Part shown: one piece after another, positions 52,441-64,000 of the stretch | Numbering within the stretch: position 1 is the first letter of the stretch | Layout: each line of letters starts with the position of its first letter | NCBI RefSeq assembly: GCF_036321535.1 | Contig: NC_087437.1 | Location: forward strand, 90,460,001-90,524,000 | Source of the DNA: Camelus dromedarius | Lineage: Eukaryota | DNA: 64,000 nucleotides | Direction of reading: 5' to 3' | Position numbers and translations under genes: made by a program | The notes under the pieces: model-generated | Databases searched by the model: none | The model's input: only the letters and a program-made list of their open reading frames with translations | Told to the model about the DNA's origin: nothing

Positions 52441-54265
52441 CAGGGCACTTCTAAAAAATCAAAGTCTAAATTAGTCCAATGATACCTCTTCCCCCTACAG
52501 AATAGAGAACTCTCACTACAAAGTAAAAATACTCACAAGGCCAACCTCAGTACCACTTCCGCACCAACTGTATATTGGCACTGCTGCTGCTTGTATTTAC
52601 TCAAGGATCATGGGTATCTCTTATTATCTCTTCCTTGATCACCGAGTCATTCCCGTTCTCCATCTTGGTACACGAAGATGATGCAAACGTCTTAGGAGAA
52701 AATATTCCTAATGCCTGATCACATTTACTGCTATTTTATAGGAAGACCATTATTAAACAATAAAAAGATTATCAGTCTTCCAATCTGTCCACACCCATCT
52801 GTCAAAAACACTTGTATTACAAAATGCACTTTTATGCTGTTACATCCCTCAAGGATAATCTGTTCAGCTTTTTTGGTAGTCTGTATTTGTATAGTCAATA
52901 AAATTGGGTAAAGCCAAACAAAAATTTAAAGTAAATCTGACTGTAATGACCAAACCTCTAAAATGCTATGAACTTACCCATCTATCAATATCTTTATCTT
53001 GGCTATTCTATAGAAGTAAAAGGATGTGGAGGATTGAAGTTTCACAAAACCATTAGTCTAACCTCACCCATAACATTTCTATGTTAAAAAAAAAAAAAAG
53101 TAAGCCAGTGGAGATGAAACTCTCCTCTGTAAATGTTTCTTGACCTTTAAAAATATATTCGTAAGTGTTGTTGAACACACAATTCTTTCTCATGCTAGTT
53201 AGCATCAAATCTTTTTATAAAGACAATGTATTTAGTACAATATTCTTTTAATGAATATTGTAGGTATTGTTCTTTGGTGACGCTGAACAAGAATGTTGGT
53301 CTGAAATGCTTTAGCATTTAAAGTAACAGATAAAGGCCCTTCCTTCTTACATCAAACTGAAAATTCAATTTCTAAATAGGCCATTATGACAAAAATGTTG
53401 AGAAATATGAAGGTGTGATTCTTTTTGAATGTTTTAGATACTATGTGGTTACACATAAAAAAATAAAATGTCACTTCTAACCACAGATTTATAGGGATAT
53501 CCTCGATAAGATGAATAAAATTCTGTAACATATTAAAATAATTTTTCTTCAAAACGTGACATAGTCAACAAAAAACTATTCCCAAACTATTGTCCCTTTT
53601 ATTCACTAGGCTCTAGAAGGTGGATCAGCAAGGCTTGAACAGCAGCCACCTTAAAGACGAGGTTATTCTTGCTTGGCTGTTGCATCATACTGACACTCAC
53701 ATCTTAACATAAAGCAAGATTTTAGGTATTAACAGAAGCTGTGGGAGGATATAATTCTTAATATCAACTCCATAAAGTGGCAATAACGCTTGATAAATTG
53801 AGCTAGTTTAATTTACTTTGGATATTTGTTTACTGAATGTGTATTTCTACACGAGGATGATACAGTGATTTGGCTTCAGGTAAATCTTAAATTAACTTAC
53901 TTAATAATATCCTTTCAAATGCCCAGAGTCATGAAACAAGTCAAAAATCTGAAAGACATCAGGTAAACTGATTTTTCAAATTTGAAGAAAAACTATATAA
54001 CCGTTAAGAAAAGCTACATTTCACTGGTACATTTTAGAAAAAGTTTTCTTAAAACATTTTATGTGGAAACAGCGTCACTACAAATTGTAGAAAGTCTTTT
54101 CTCCCTTGGTGTTCAGATCCCAGTTAACTATATTTAAATTATCTTCAAAAAGTGGTTAATATTCCCATCCTACCTCCCACTGTCTTTCAAAGTGCAGAAA
54201 GAAAACTAATCAAATTCAACCATAGCAAACATGTGTCCTTAATGCAGAGGTATGACTAAGCATTT

Positions 54266-54298
54266 AAAAAAAAAAAAATATATATATATATATATATA
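54266..54298. repeat. A13-(TA)10 compound microsatellite
   Basis: Read directly. Confidence 0.9.
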
Positions 54299-54939
54299 TT
54301 TAGAATTTTCTTTAAAAGTTCTTTTAAATAAAACAAATGGAATCTACCTCGGTTAAACTGAGAAGAGTGTACCCTGAATCTGTACTTCAGAGACTACTCA
54401 GAGAACCTTTACTCTATAGCTTGGCAATAACAAAAGCAGGTCAGTCCTCACTGATAATCTGGCAGATCAAGGTCAGTTCGTAATTCCTCTTTGTTTATAC
54501 ATTTATCCAGAAATACCAGCTACTCTAAATAGAACAGTAAGGTGATTTGGCTTCATGTTTACCCAAAGTCATCATCAGGAATATTTTGGGGGCCAGGCAT
54601 AGAAATCTTTAATAAGTGGAAAAAAAGACAAGGGGTTATGATGCCGACAGAAATCAGGGAGATTCAAAGCTACGAGACAAATGTTTTTAGGACAAATTTG
54701 AACTGATTACCTTAACTGAACGGAGTGATTCTGCATTTTTTTGTGAAGTATGTCATTATTTAGAATTATGTTACTTAGTATCCATTTTTGTCTTCTCCCT
54801 CGTACTTGACATACAAATGTAAGTTGATTGCAAATATTTATTCTATTCAGAATACCATATAGGCATTTTGACAATTATAAAGACAAATATTATTTGGATC
54901 CAATTAAAGAGATGTGTCAGGATGAAATGGATTAGAAGA

Positions 54940-55120
54940 GAACTAATCAATCAGTGGAATGAAAACATTAAAAAAATACACAGGCTAGACATTCGATTAG
55001 GCACTTGAAATAAAATGAAGACCATGACCCTCTAATGGCTTACAGTCCACTAGGGGAGGTGGATAGATAAGTACCTAACATTCAAAATGCTGTAATAAAA
55101 ATATACTAAGGGATATAGAT
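54940..55120 (-). mobile_element. L2 3' fragment
   Basis: AATGAAGACCATGACCCTCTAATGGCTTACAGTCCACTAGGGGAGGTGGATA. Confidence 0.55.
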
Positions 55121-57743
55121 CATAGCATAGACAAAATAAAATGCTTAGGTATCTCATAAACTAAGAAGACACAAACGCTTAAAATAATCAATAAAGGGCA
55201 AATGGCATTCTTTTGTCTACTAAAACACATCAGATTCTGCTCAAAAATTCTCATCAAAAACTCCTATGGGTTCCTGGATATCAACATTGTTTTAGCCACC
55301 ATTAATAATAATATGACTTCAAAAAAAGTTGTGCAAAATAATGAAACAAAAATTGGTTAAAATTGTTAGTATATCAACTTACAATTTTTTTTACTGCAAT
55401 AGCCATAAAAAAAGAAAAAAATTAAGTTATGTTTACAAATAAAATTCAAATTTTCTGATGATATATAGCACACAGGAATGCAAGTCAAAGGGTAAAATTA
55501 ACATATGTACACTCTCAGACTCACGCAATGTAGGAAAATCTCCTCCTTATAAATGATGACATGTACCAAAATGAGCCCCTTATTGCACCTGTCCCTCCAC
55601 AAGTGTATTCCCTGTTAAAAAAAAAAAATGTTTTTCTCTCTTTCTCCCTCTCTTTCTCTCTCTTGTTCAATATCCCTGTATATTTTTACAGTTGTCCACA
55701 TTGCATCCAAATCAAAAACTGAAAATATAATGCCTCAAGTTTGGCAATGCACTGACATTTGTCAGCACATAAGATTGCAAGCAATTAATACTACCTAAAA
55801 ATCTATAGCCTCAAATAATAACCAGTACAACTTCAAGATCCCACCACAGCAAAAATGTGTTAATGGGCTAGTTAAGGAACAGAGTATTGACTTAAGAACA
55901 ATTTCTGAGTCGTCTTTTCGTTTGGGAGAGTGAAAGGAACAATCCCTATTCAGGATAGGGGATACACATTTTCACTCATTATTTTATCTCATTCCCAGAG
56001 CAAAGAGCTATTTAGAAATAACAGATAGTGTATTATGTATCACAATGGTGAATTTCATTCTGCCTTGGCAGGGTAACCAGTAAGTGTAGAATGTAACTGC
56101 TTGCTATACTAGAGTCACAGATATATAATCGCCTTCAGAAACTTCCTTCTCTGAATACCACCTACACATTAATACATGACAGTGAACTTACAGCCAGACC
56201 CCTGTTCTATCCCACATGATCCCTGAAAAGGCTTTGAAATGAGGACACGTGCATAATTAAGGCACACTGAATATCACAGTACATGTAACAAACCAGAGTA
56301 TTATGAATCCGTAGGGGAACCTCATAGAACTAATACATTTTCTAAAGAAAGCTGCACACGAGTGAAGAGAGCCTAAAATGCTAATTAGATCCTCTCTGTG
56401 AAAGCTATAGAAAAGTTGATTCTTGAATCCTGAAGTTGAGCACAGAATGGAACATTTGTATACAGAAAGACTGAAGAGGAAAAAAAAAGAATTTGGCATA
56501 AAAGCCCTTCCAAGAGATGATTTACACAATTTGTGAGAAAATAAATGAAGCAAAATAGAAACATAACAGTAGAATTCCAAACCACCTGAAAGGGTTAAGT
56601 AGGAGAAGTGATTTCCTATTAGAACGGGGTTATGTAACAGCAGAGGGAAATACTCAGCCTAGCATATGCTAATTTAGTCGGCTTTGCCAGGCTTTTCTGT
56701 GTGTGTTTGGCTGGCTGACTCATATGCCTTCCCTCCTCTTTTTGCCATTTTTATTATGAGACTAAGGAGGTTGCACTCTCAGAAAATGCAATAATAACAA
56801 TAACAAAAAACTACTAAAAGCACATTGTACATGTTCTAGCCTTGCTAAAGCACTGGGGTACACGCTTTTTAGGTTGAAAGAAAAAACACCCAATCTGTAG
56901 GTATTCAGTACACAGACTAGATTTAGCAAAACTCCCTTTAACTATTCTTGATTCCATGTTAATTTCTTTTAATGGGACTTTCAGGTTGGTAGGTGGTGTG
57001 GAGTGGGGAGATTTTATATTCCTAAAGAGTGTAAAGGAAGCTGAGTTACTAATCAAACTTCAGCCCATAAAATAGAGTGTAATAAAGGAACAACAATTAA
57101 TTAAGAAGCTTATTGTGCATTTTCTTATTTGCTTTTAAATACAAATACTCTAATCATCTCTCATTTCGGTTTAGGTCTCCTACTTAAGATTGAAAGCAGC
57201 GGACAGGTAAGGTAGGAGAAGGAACAGAAGGTATAGGCGTCAGGGACATTTTCTCCCAGGGAGGATATAGGACAAGTGAATGTAAAATATGAATTTATTA
57301 CCAAAGTAGAAACATATTTTACGCATCATAAATTTAGGCTTTGATGTTTAAGTAAGCATTATGGGAGGCACTTGCATCTTTAAATGCAAACAATTTAGCA
57401 AAGAAGCTAAAAATATTTCTTTACAAGAACAAATTAATTGGCTTTATAAATTACACTGAATCAATATAACAGCTATACACTTAGCAGTCGGCAGCACATC
57501 CTTGTCAGGAAAGGTGCCTTCTCACTCTGTTTGCAAAGAAGACTTCAGATAAACAATGCACCGTTACTGTAAATAAACCAACATCAAACACATAAAATTA
57601 TTAAGGGAGTCAATTTAACCTATAAATGAACTTTTCTTTGCTTATATAAAATTATTTGCACTCTTTGACCACACTTAGCTTTAAGATTTTTTGGTTCCTT
57701 AAGGCCAATGAATGCTTATTTTTATTTTCTAAACTATCCCTAG

Positions 57744-57868
57744 TGACGTCAGTATCTAGCCCCTAGAATAACTGTGCAACTGTGACTAAACAGGGGCTTC
57801 CCCCTTCAGCATTCAAATGGCTGAAAGATAATTTAAATACTCAAGTGAAAACTACTTGCTGACTCAGA
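57744..57868. promoter_or_regulatory. Candidate inducible enhancer: CRE, NF-kB and AP-1/MARE motifs
   Basis: TGACGTCA at 57744-57751, GGGGCTTCCC at 57793-57802 and TGCTGACTCAG at 57857-57867, all in apparently unique sequence. Confidence 0.4.
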
Positions 57869-59320
57869 AAGAGTTATCCCCAGTGTGGAACAATGACTGT
57901 CTTAATATTTACTTCAAAGACGTCTAAAATAGAATGTGAATAATTAATGTCCGGCTCTCTCCCTGGCAGATCTCCTTACAACCTCAGCCCCGTGTCTATT
58001 CAGGTAGCAGTGGGTTCCCATCACTCAGTTTCACAAGCACAAAAGAAAATTCAGAACAAATGTTCAGCTCTGTCGCAAATTCAGAAACTCTAAACCTTGC
58101 GTGTGCATGTTTTTAAGTGGAAAAGTTAATCATTGCTACAGCCTAAGAAAATGTAGTCTAAAAGTACCTTTTTTAACCTCCATAAAAAGGGTAAAAGAAA
58201 ATAATGAATGCAAACAAAATAAACTTTTCCCTTTTCCTCACACTTCATCCCTAAGAGCCCCAGACTCTAATTACTCACAAAATGTCCTTCAGACCTAAAA
58301 ATAACTGTGTATTTTAAGCGTGTGCATATGTGTATATATATAGATAAATGACTGAGGAATATTTCCTCTCTCAATAATTACACCTCTGATTTTGGCATTA
58401 ATATTTAACTCATACCTAATTAAGCAGAGTATTTCCTAATTTTCATATATATACATACTTCTAACATGAAAACAATTTCATATCTGTTTAAAGAAATCCA
58501 CTGAGCACATAAACAAGACCAATTGGACTTATTTCTAGAATAAAAATCAATGTGCATAGTATGTTCAATTATTTTGTTCTGTAGCAAATGGGATGAAAAT
58601 AAACAATGCTACATTAGTTACTGTTATCTGATAGGCTTCCATAACAATTGGTCCACAACTCTTACTTTTATTAAGGAACCTATTTGATGCTTTTGCCTCT
58701 ATGATAAATAAAATTGTTCAGAAAAGAAATACTCTCTGCTGGTTTGACATTAACAGAAATTTCACTTTATGGCACTAAATAAACTATCTGAACTACATTG
58801 AACAATTAATTCCTATTTCTTTTAAAATTACTATATTCTCATAAAACAGGAAAAACTCTAATAAGGAAAAAAAGCCAAGGGACTGATTCTTACTCACTAA
58901 AGGAAGAGAGGGATAATAGATTATTGCCCAGTTCAACATTTATTAGGTCCAACACATGTAAATAACTGCATAGAAATCCTGTTTTAACTTTGCTATTTAT
59001 TTTCATTAAACTGACCCGTGGTCCTGATAGTTTGCAAGATAGTTGCAAGTTTGGACTATTCACCATTCATTTGATGAAAACGTTGATAATTTTATTAGGA
59101 TTTATTTATTACACTCATCTCTAAACAAAATTCTCTCTTCTGCTGTGTCATGAGCTCACGTGATTAGAAATATTCTCTGGATTATTTCTGGTTATGAAAA
59201 GCTGAAGGATGGTTCATGTCCACTACAAGCTATGAAAAGACTTCCCATTTCACTTATGCCACATGACTGCGTTCCTGCGAGTTTGTCTGCCGCTGCAGAG
59301 CTCGTTAGACCTGAGATGCC

Positions 59321-59348
59321 ATTTGCATCATCACACAGCAGGGGGCTT
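59321..59348 (+). promoter_or_regulatory. Candidate CTCF site with adjacent octamer
   Basis: ACAGCAGGGGGCTT (59335-59348) against the CTCF core CCAGCAGGGGGCGC. ATTTGCAT at 59321-59328. Local CpG retention. Confidence 0.35.
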
Positions 59349-59839
59349 CAGCTGCCACAACTCTAGGTTAATCCTTACCCACCTCTTTACACAAGGAATT
59401 TGCAGAAGATGTCTTTTTTTGATACGACAGAACTGCACTCCAAAAATGCTTGACATTTTCAAATAAAATGTTGGCAATGAACTTGTCCTTTCAAATATTT
59501 TAGGTTAAATCAGTAAATTTAAATCATGCCCTTCATTTTTTTTTCCTCTCATGGATCTCCTGTGAAATCTGGGATTTTTAATTATGGAAAAGAAAAACAT
59601 GGGTAGGGGTATATCAAGTTAAAGAATAACTGATCAAACTGCATTTGTTTAAGGATGTTTCTCAAGAGCTATTGCTATTATAATTTTCTATAGGAAAACT
59701 GTTTCCTAAACCAATACAGCCTACAAAATGTTACAAAATGTTAAAATTAACTCTTACACACACTATTTAACAAAGTATGAGTGCTGACATATTATGAAGA
59801 GAAGGGACCATTTAACACCATCGTGACTGATTAGAACAT

Positions 59840-59950
59840 ACTCATTATTCAATCCAACACTATTTATTATGCACTACTAAATTGAGAATAAGAAGTTACA
59901 CAGATAATAAAGCTCAGGGCTTGCCCTCAGGAAGCTTAAATTGAATGTAA
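59840..59950 (-). mobile_element. L2 3' end
   Basis: CATTATTCAATCCAACACTATTTATTATGCACTACTA...GGGCTTGCCCTCAGGAAGCTTA. Confidence 0.6.
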
Positions 59951-62536
59951 ATCAGGCAATAGAGCTGTTTTAAGAGGGTAAACAATTCCACAAAGGACTT
60001 CTGATTTCAGCTCTTCAGCTTCTGAGTTCCACTTACTTGATCTGTAATTTCCTTTTTCCCTGCCTCCTGTACCTACTCGGCCAGCTGCTACACAATGGGT
60101 GACTTTGCCAAGGAGGTTTAATGCAATCTATTAAAACAAGGACTTTTTTTAATCAATAAATCTCATAGAATGCATCAGCTGATCAAATAAAACATCAATA
60201 TGATATGTCTATGTTCTAATACTAATGTACCCAAATCCTTCATAATACATGTTTTACTTCTCTCAATCATCTTATTCCCCAGAGAGTCTTTATTTTAAAA
60301 AGAAAATTGATAACCACTTGATGTTGACATTGGGCTCCTTTAAAAATGCATGCTTAGAATGTTTTCCAACATTTTTTGCAGTTCTACTTGCTGTTTAAGT
60401 GATTTAAGTAAGTTTTTCTTTAAGAAAAATGACATTACCTCACTATTTAAATGTGGGGCAATTATTTTTCAAGCATCTGACCTTCTGGTGGACAAGACAG
60501 GAAGAGGTCAGCCATCTCAGTTGATGCTTACCTTTGTCATATTATGCTCCCAGAGTTCTAATAGTTGTAGAAATGGGGAAAAGACAATAATGTAAGCTTC
60601 CATATCTTGATATTAAATTAGTCAAGGAAATTCTTACATTTGCAGAGAGATTTTCCTAATTACTAAGTGTTTGATGTTTGACTGTTTAAGTCATAGTCAC
60701 TGACTCTTATGTACAAAATCTTTTCAAAGTTTCAGCTGTTAGTCAAAAAAGGGAGGAGTGAGCTCTATCCCAGGAACTGCCTTCAGCATAAGAAATGAGC
60801 TCGACATGACTAAGGTTACCACATGCAGAGGTAAAAGAATGGGAGAGACATGCTTTTAGGAAGTATTAAGGTACCAGAATTTTACTGAGTGTGTAAGTGT
60901 ATTTTGTATTATAATGTGTTTCCTAAAAATGTAAGGGGAGGTGCAGGACACACACTGAGGCAAGAAATATGTATGTCCAATAGGTCTTTAATTTGAAGAT
61001 CTTTCTTTATAACACATCATTTACCAAAATGTCCCATGGCAAAAACGAAAACAAACAAACAAAAGAAACAACTAAAGCCCCAGTATTTGTGTTGGATGTG
61101 TTTTTGTGTAAGACTAACTCTAAATAGGAAATAAAGTTCTCCACAAAATCAGGGCTTCTCTATGTGTGTCTATTTTCTAGTTATATTTTGCCCTTCTTTC
61201 TTTTTTTGTCCTTTCTATGGGTTATTTCCTGTGCTAAACAAGACAGCCTCCATCTTTGCAGTGTCCCCTCAGGCATACAGCTTCAGGGAGGGTTAGAAAT
61301 TGAACTAGATTTACTCTGTAGCCAAGAAGAGGTCTTAGTTACAGGTGGCAAGCTTCTGCACTCTTCATTGTAAAGAAATTCATTTGTCTAAAGTGTCCTC
61401 TGCCCTTGCCCCAGATTTTTCCCTGTCTATGACGGAGGAAAATAAAAAAGGATGCTATATAGCTTAACAATGAAGCAAATTTTGTAATCTACATAGTCTA
61501 CATTCCAAGTTATCCTTTGGTCAGAAATACATTTATTTTCTATCTAACTATTCATGTCCTAAAGACTCATTGAGGATGAGCTGGTAGAATAGAATTGTCG
61601 TCGAATAGAATTATTTAAGCCTTTTTTTTTAAAAAAAAAAAACTCATTTTGTCATTAACTTGATTCTCACCACTGGCTTATCAATCTACATATTAACAGG
61701 CCTAAAGATTGAGTTTGCTTCCTAGAAAAGTTAAAAAAAAATTGATGACAATGTAAAACACAGTGAAGCCACAGGGAAGATACGTTCAAATGAATATTCC
61801 TGTCTAAACTAATGCACACTGCAAAAAAGGGGATAATAAAGAAAGGATAAATAAATTGATAAGTACTACTTAAGTGACAAAATACCACCATAGGGGTGGT
61901 AATGCTAAATATAAGGAGCTGGAGACTGCCTACACTATTTGCCTAGTCATAACTACTAGCAGGCAGAGCAGACTACCTCTGTCCAAAATCAGTTGCTCAC
62001 TAGTTCCCTCACTACTCTTCCTTTCCTGGGCATAGAGAGGAAAGACCTGCTAAGTATTTAATCTGTGTCCAGGAAATAAAGCTTTCATTTTACAACCTAA
62101 CCAAGCCCTAATAAAACAGTAGAGTGGTGGGAGAAACATAAACCTGGACCCTCAAGCAATGTTTTTCAGCCAAAACCAAGACCAGGAAGGCATAACAATT
62201 TGTTTGAGCAGGAACTGACAATATCAACAAAGTGTGATGTGTCTTTTGGAACGGTGTTTGATAAATGTGAGGCAGCCATAAACATGAGAAGACAATTCAA
62301 CAGGGGTTTTGCGCCTCCTCCCCCTTCTAGTTTATTTTTTTATTTTTTTTCCCCCTTTAAATTCTCTTCTCTCTTTTGGTGTATTAATATGGCTTGATCT
62401 AAGATGCTCAGAAGTACAGATAATCCTTGAGCTGGTGCTCTTTCTACGGTTTCTGTTTAGGACACTATTTATTTATTTGGACCTGATGCTGGTGCTGCTG
62501 CTGGTTGCAGTGGTGCATTTTCTCTGGTTATCAACA

Positions 62537-62567
62537 CCCCTTCCACTCCCCCTCACCCCTTCACCCC
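62537..62567 (-). other. G-quadruplex-forming motif
   Basis: The minus strand reads GGGG-TGAA-GGGG-TGA-GGGGG-AGTGGAA-GGGG. Confidence 0.7.
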
Positions 62568-62699
62568 AGTCTGCTGTGAAAAGCAGCACTGTCTTAATCA
62601 TTGGTTTACATACTTAATAAAAGAGACCCATGCCCTTAATAAAACATAATGCAGCTGATGGAATCTCTCCGGGTAGAGAAAGAGTAAATCCTCCTTCAG

Positions 62700-62702
<3 letters not shown>

Positions 62703-62742
<40 letters not shown>
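62703..62742. repeat. (GA)20 microsatellite
   Basis: Read directly. Confidence 0.97.
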
Positions 62743-62744
<2 letters not shown>

Positions 62745-62799
62745 AGCAGACAGTTATTTTGCAGTGCACTGAATAGACAATTCACAGGGAAATGTTGAA

Positions 62800-63042
62800 G
62801 GCAGAGAGGAGGCGACCCCCAAGTGTAGTCCATTGCCCACATGCTCTATAATAAATAATCTTCTTGCACCAGCCCAGCAGTGTGTGCAGTGACGTGCCGG
62901 GGCCGGCACACACAGATTGGCAGGGAAAACACATCCAGCGGTGTCGAATTTTCATCGCAATCACCAAATTAACTGATTTCCTCATATCACATTCCCCTTA
63001 CCCGGCGTGGTGTGAGCGGATGCGCGCGCGCGGGCACACACA

Positions 63043-63092
<50 letters not shown>

Positions 63093-63240
63093 GCAGAGCT
63101 GAGAAATACAAGTTACTGAGAGGTGAAGTGAGGTCTCCGGAAGGATGTTTCAGCACGGATTGAAAACCCAAGTAATGTGTCCGCCATCGGGTTACTCGCG
63201 AGGGTAGGGGTGTGAGGGAAATGGGATCAGGCGGCATAAG
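62800..63240. promoter_or_regulatory. CpG-enriched promoter-proximal / 5'-exon region of an unidentified gene (probably minus strand)
   Basis: Most CpG-dense unique segment of the window. TGACGT half-CRE at 62890-62895, ATTGG (minus-strand CCAAT) at 62916-62920, and minus-strand donor CGG|GTAAGG at 63002/63001. Confidence 0.5.
63022..63088. repeat. (GC)5G-(CA)4-CT-(CA)22 compound alternating purine-pyrimidine repeat
   Basis: Read directly. Confidence 0.95.
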
Positions 63241-64000
63241 CAGGAAGAATGGGCTGTCTGCCTTCTCAGAGATTCTGGCACATGACATATCTAAAATTTA
63301 CATCAAACAAAAAATACACATAATTACCACAAAATATTCCAAGAAATATCTCTGCAAGGTCAGTTAGTTAATTTAGGAAAATTATGCCCATTATCTCTTT
63401 CACATTCATAAACATGCATAAATAAAATACAGTCCTGGTCTATATACCAGAGGAGGACAGGAGAGGATGCATTCCAAGAACTTGCTGAAAGATGGTTCAT
63501 TGACCTCATTTAAATCCTCCAAAGGCCGACTGGGTTTTGCACTCCTGTTCTACGTGAGTCTTACTTTCAGATTCCTTTTACCCAGGGACAAATAAATTTG
63601 ATCAACTTATCTTTCCTACAAATACACAAATGATGACAGAAGGGTTAGAGGTGGGCAAAGAATTATCAAGAAATCAAATCACCTAGCTTAAAAAAAAAAT
63701 CATACGACCATCATTTTACATCCATCCTTCCTGTATCTCACACTCAAGCCACATCCCTACACTACTCTCTTCAAAGCAACAATCTTCCACCTTACAGCCC
63801 CTGTCCACTCAGTCCTAGCATGCCGCCTCTGCTTCCACCACCACCCAAAGTGTGCTCTCCCCAAGCACTCCTACTCCGTGTATTGCCATTTATTTCATAA
63901 TCAGCCTCGTCCTCCCATTCCACACAGCTCCCTCCTCCCTCCTCCAAGAGAGGGTCTGGGGAAAAGTGCACCCCAGTTCCATAGCCAGTCCACATCCAAA

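Noticed and set aside
62309..62617. 102-aa hydrophobic ORF (also the 107-aa ORF at 56257-56580)
   Set aside because: Both begin at non-ATG starts and show no recognisable domain. The hydrophobicity reflects T-rich DNA, and ORFs of this length are expected by chance.
1..64000. CRISPR arrays, operons, NUMTs, processed pseudogenes or an intact provirus
   Set aside because: I saw no repeat-spacer periodicity, no long ORFs, and no mitochondrial or gag/pol/env-like sequence. All LTRs are dissimilar solo copies; the pair at 45059 and 46552 belong to different families with L2 and unique DNA between them.

Overview
Mammalian, AT-rich, non-coding genomic DNA. It is almost certainly camelid (camel/alpaca lineage), because it carries three copies of the camelid tRNA-derived Vic-1-type SINE and camelid-type L1 3' ends. 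I find no intact protein-coding gene. The listed ORFs are short chance ORFs, microsatellite read-throughs or decayed L1 ORF2 fragments. The first ~47 kb hold many interspersed repeats: L1 3' fragments with target-site duplications (TSDs), MaLR LTRs, four ERV1-type solo LTRs (one nested in MLT1F), MER81, MER58A, MER82, MIR and L2. From ~47 to 62 kb I see only ancient repeats and several regulatory motif clusters. The last ~2 kb looks promoter-proximal, with rising CpG/GC content, a minus-strand splice donor, and a G4 / (GA)20 / (GC)n-(CA)n cluster. My best inference is that the window is a large 5' intron of an unidentified minus-strand gene whose 5' end lies near or just beyond 63-64 kb. I did not find convincing evidence of a novel biological system. 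The findings below are candidate regulatory or splicing elements and notable insertion events. Repeat family names come from recalled consensus sequences, not from a database search.
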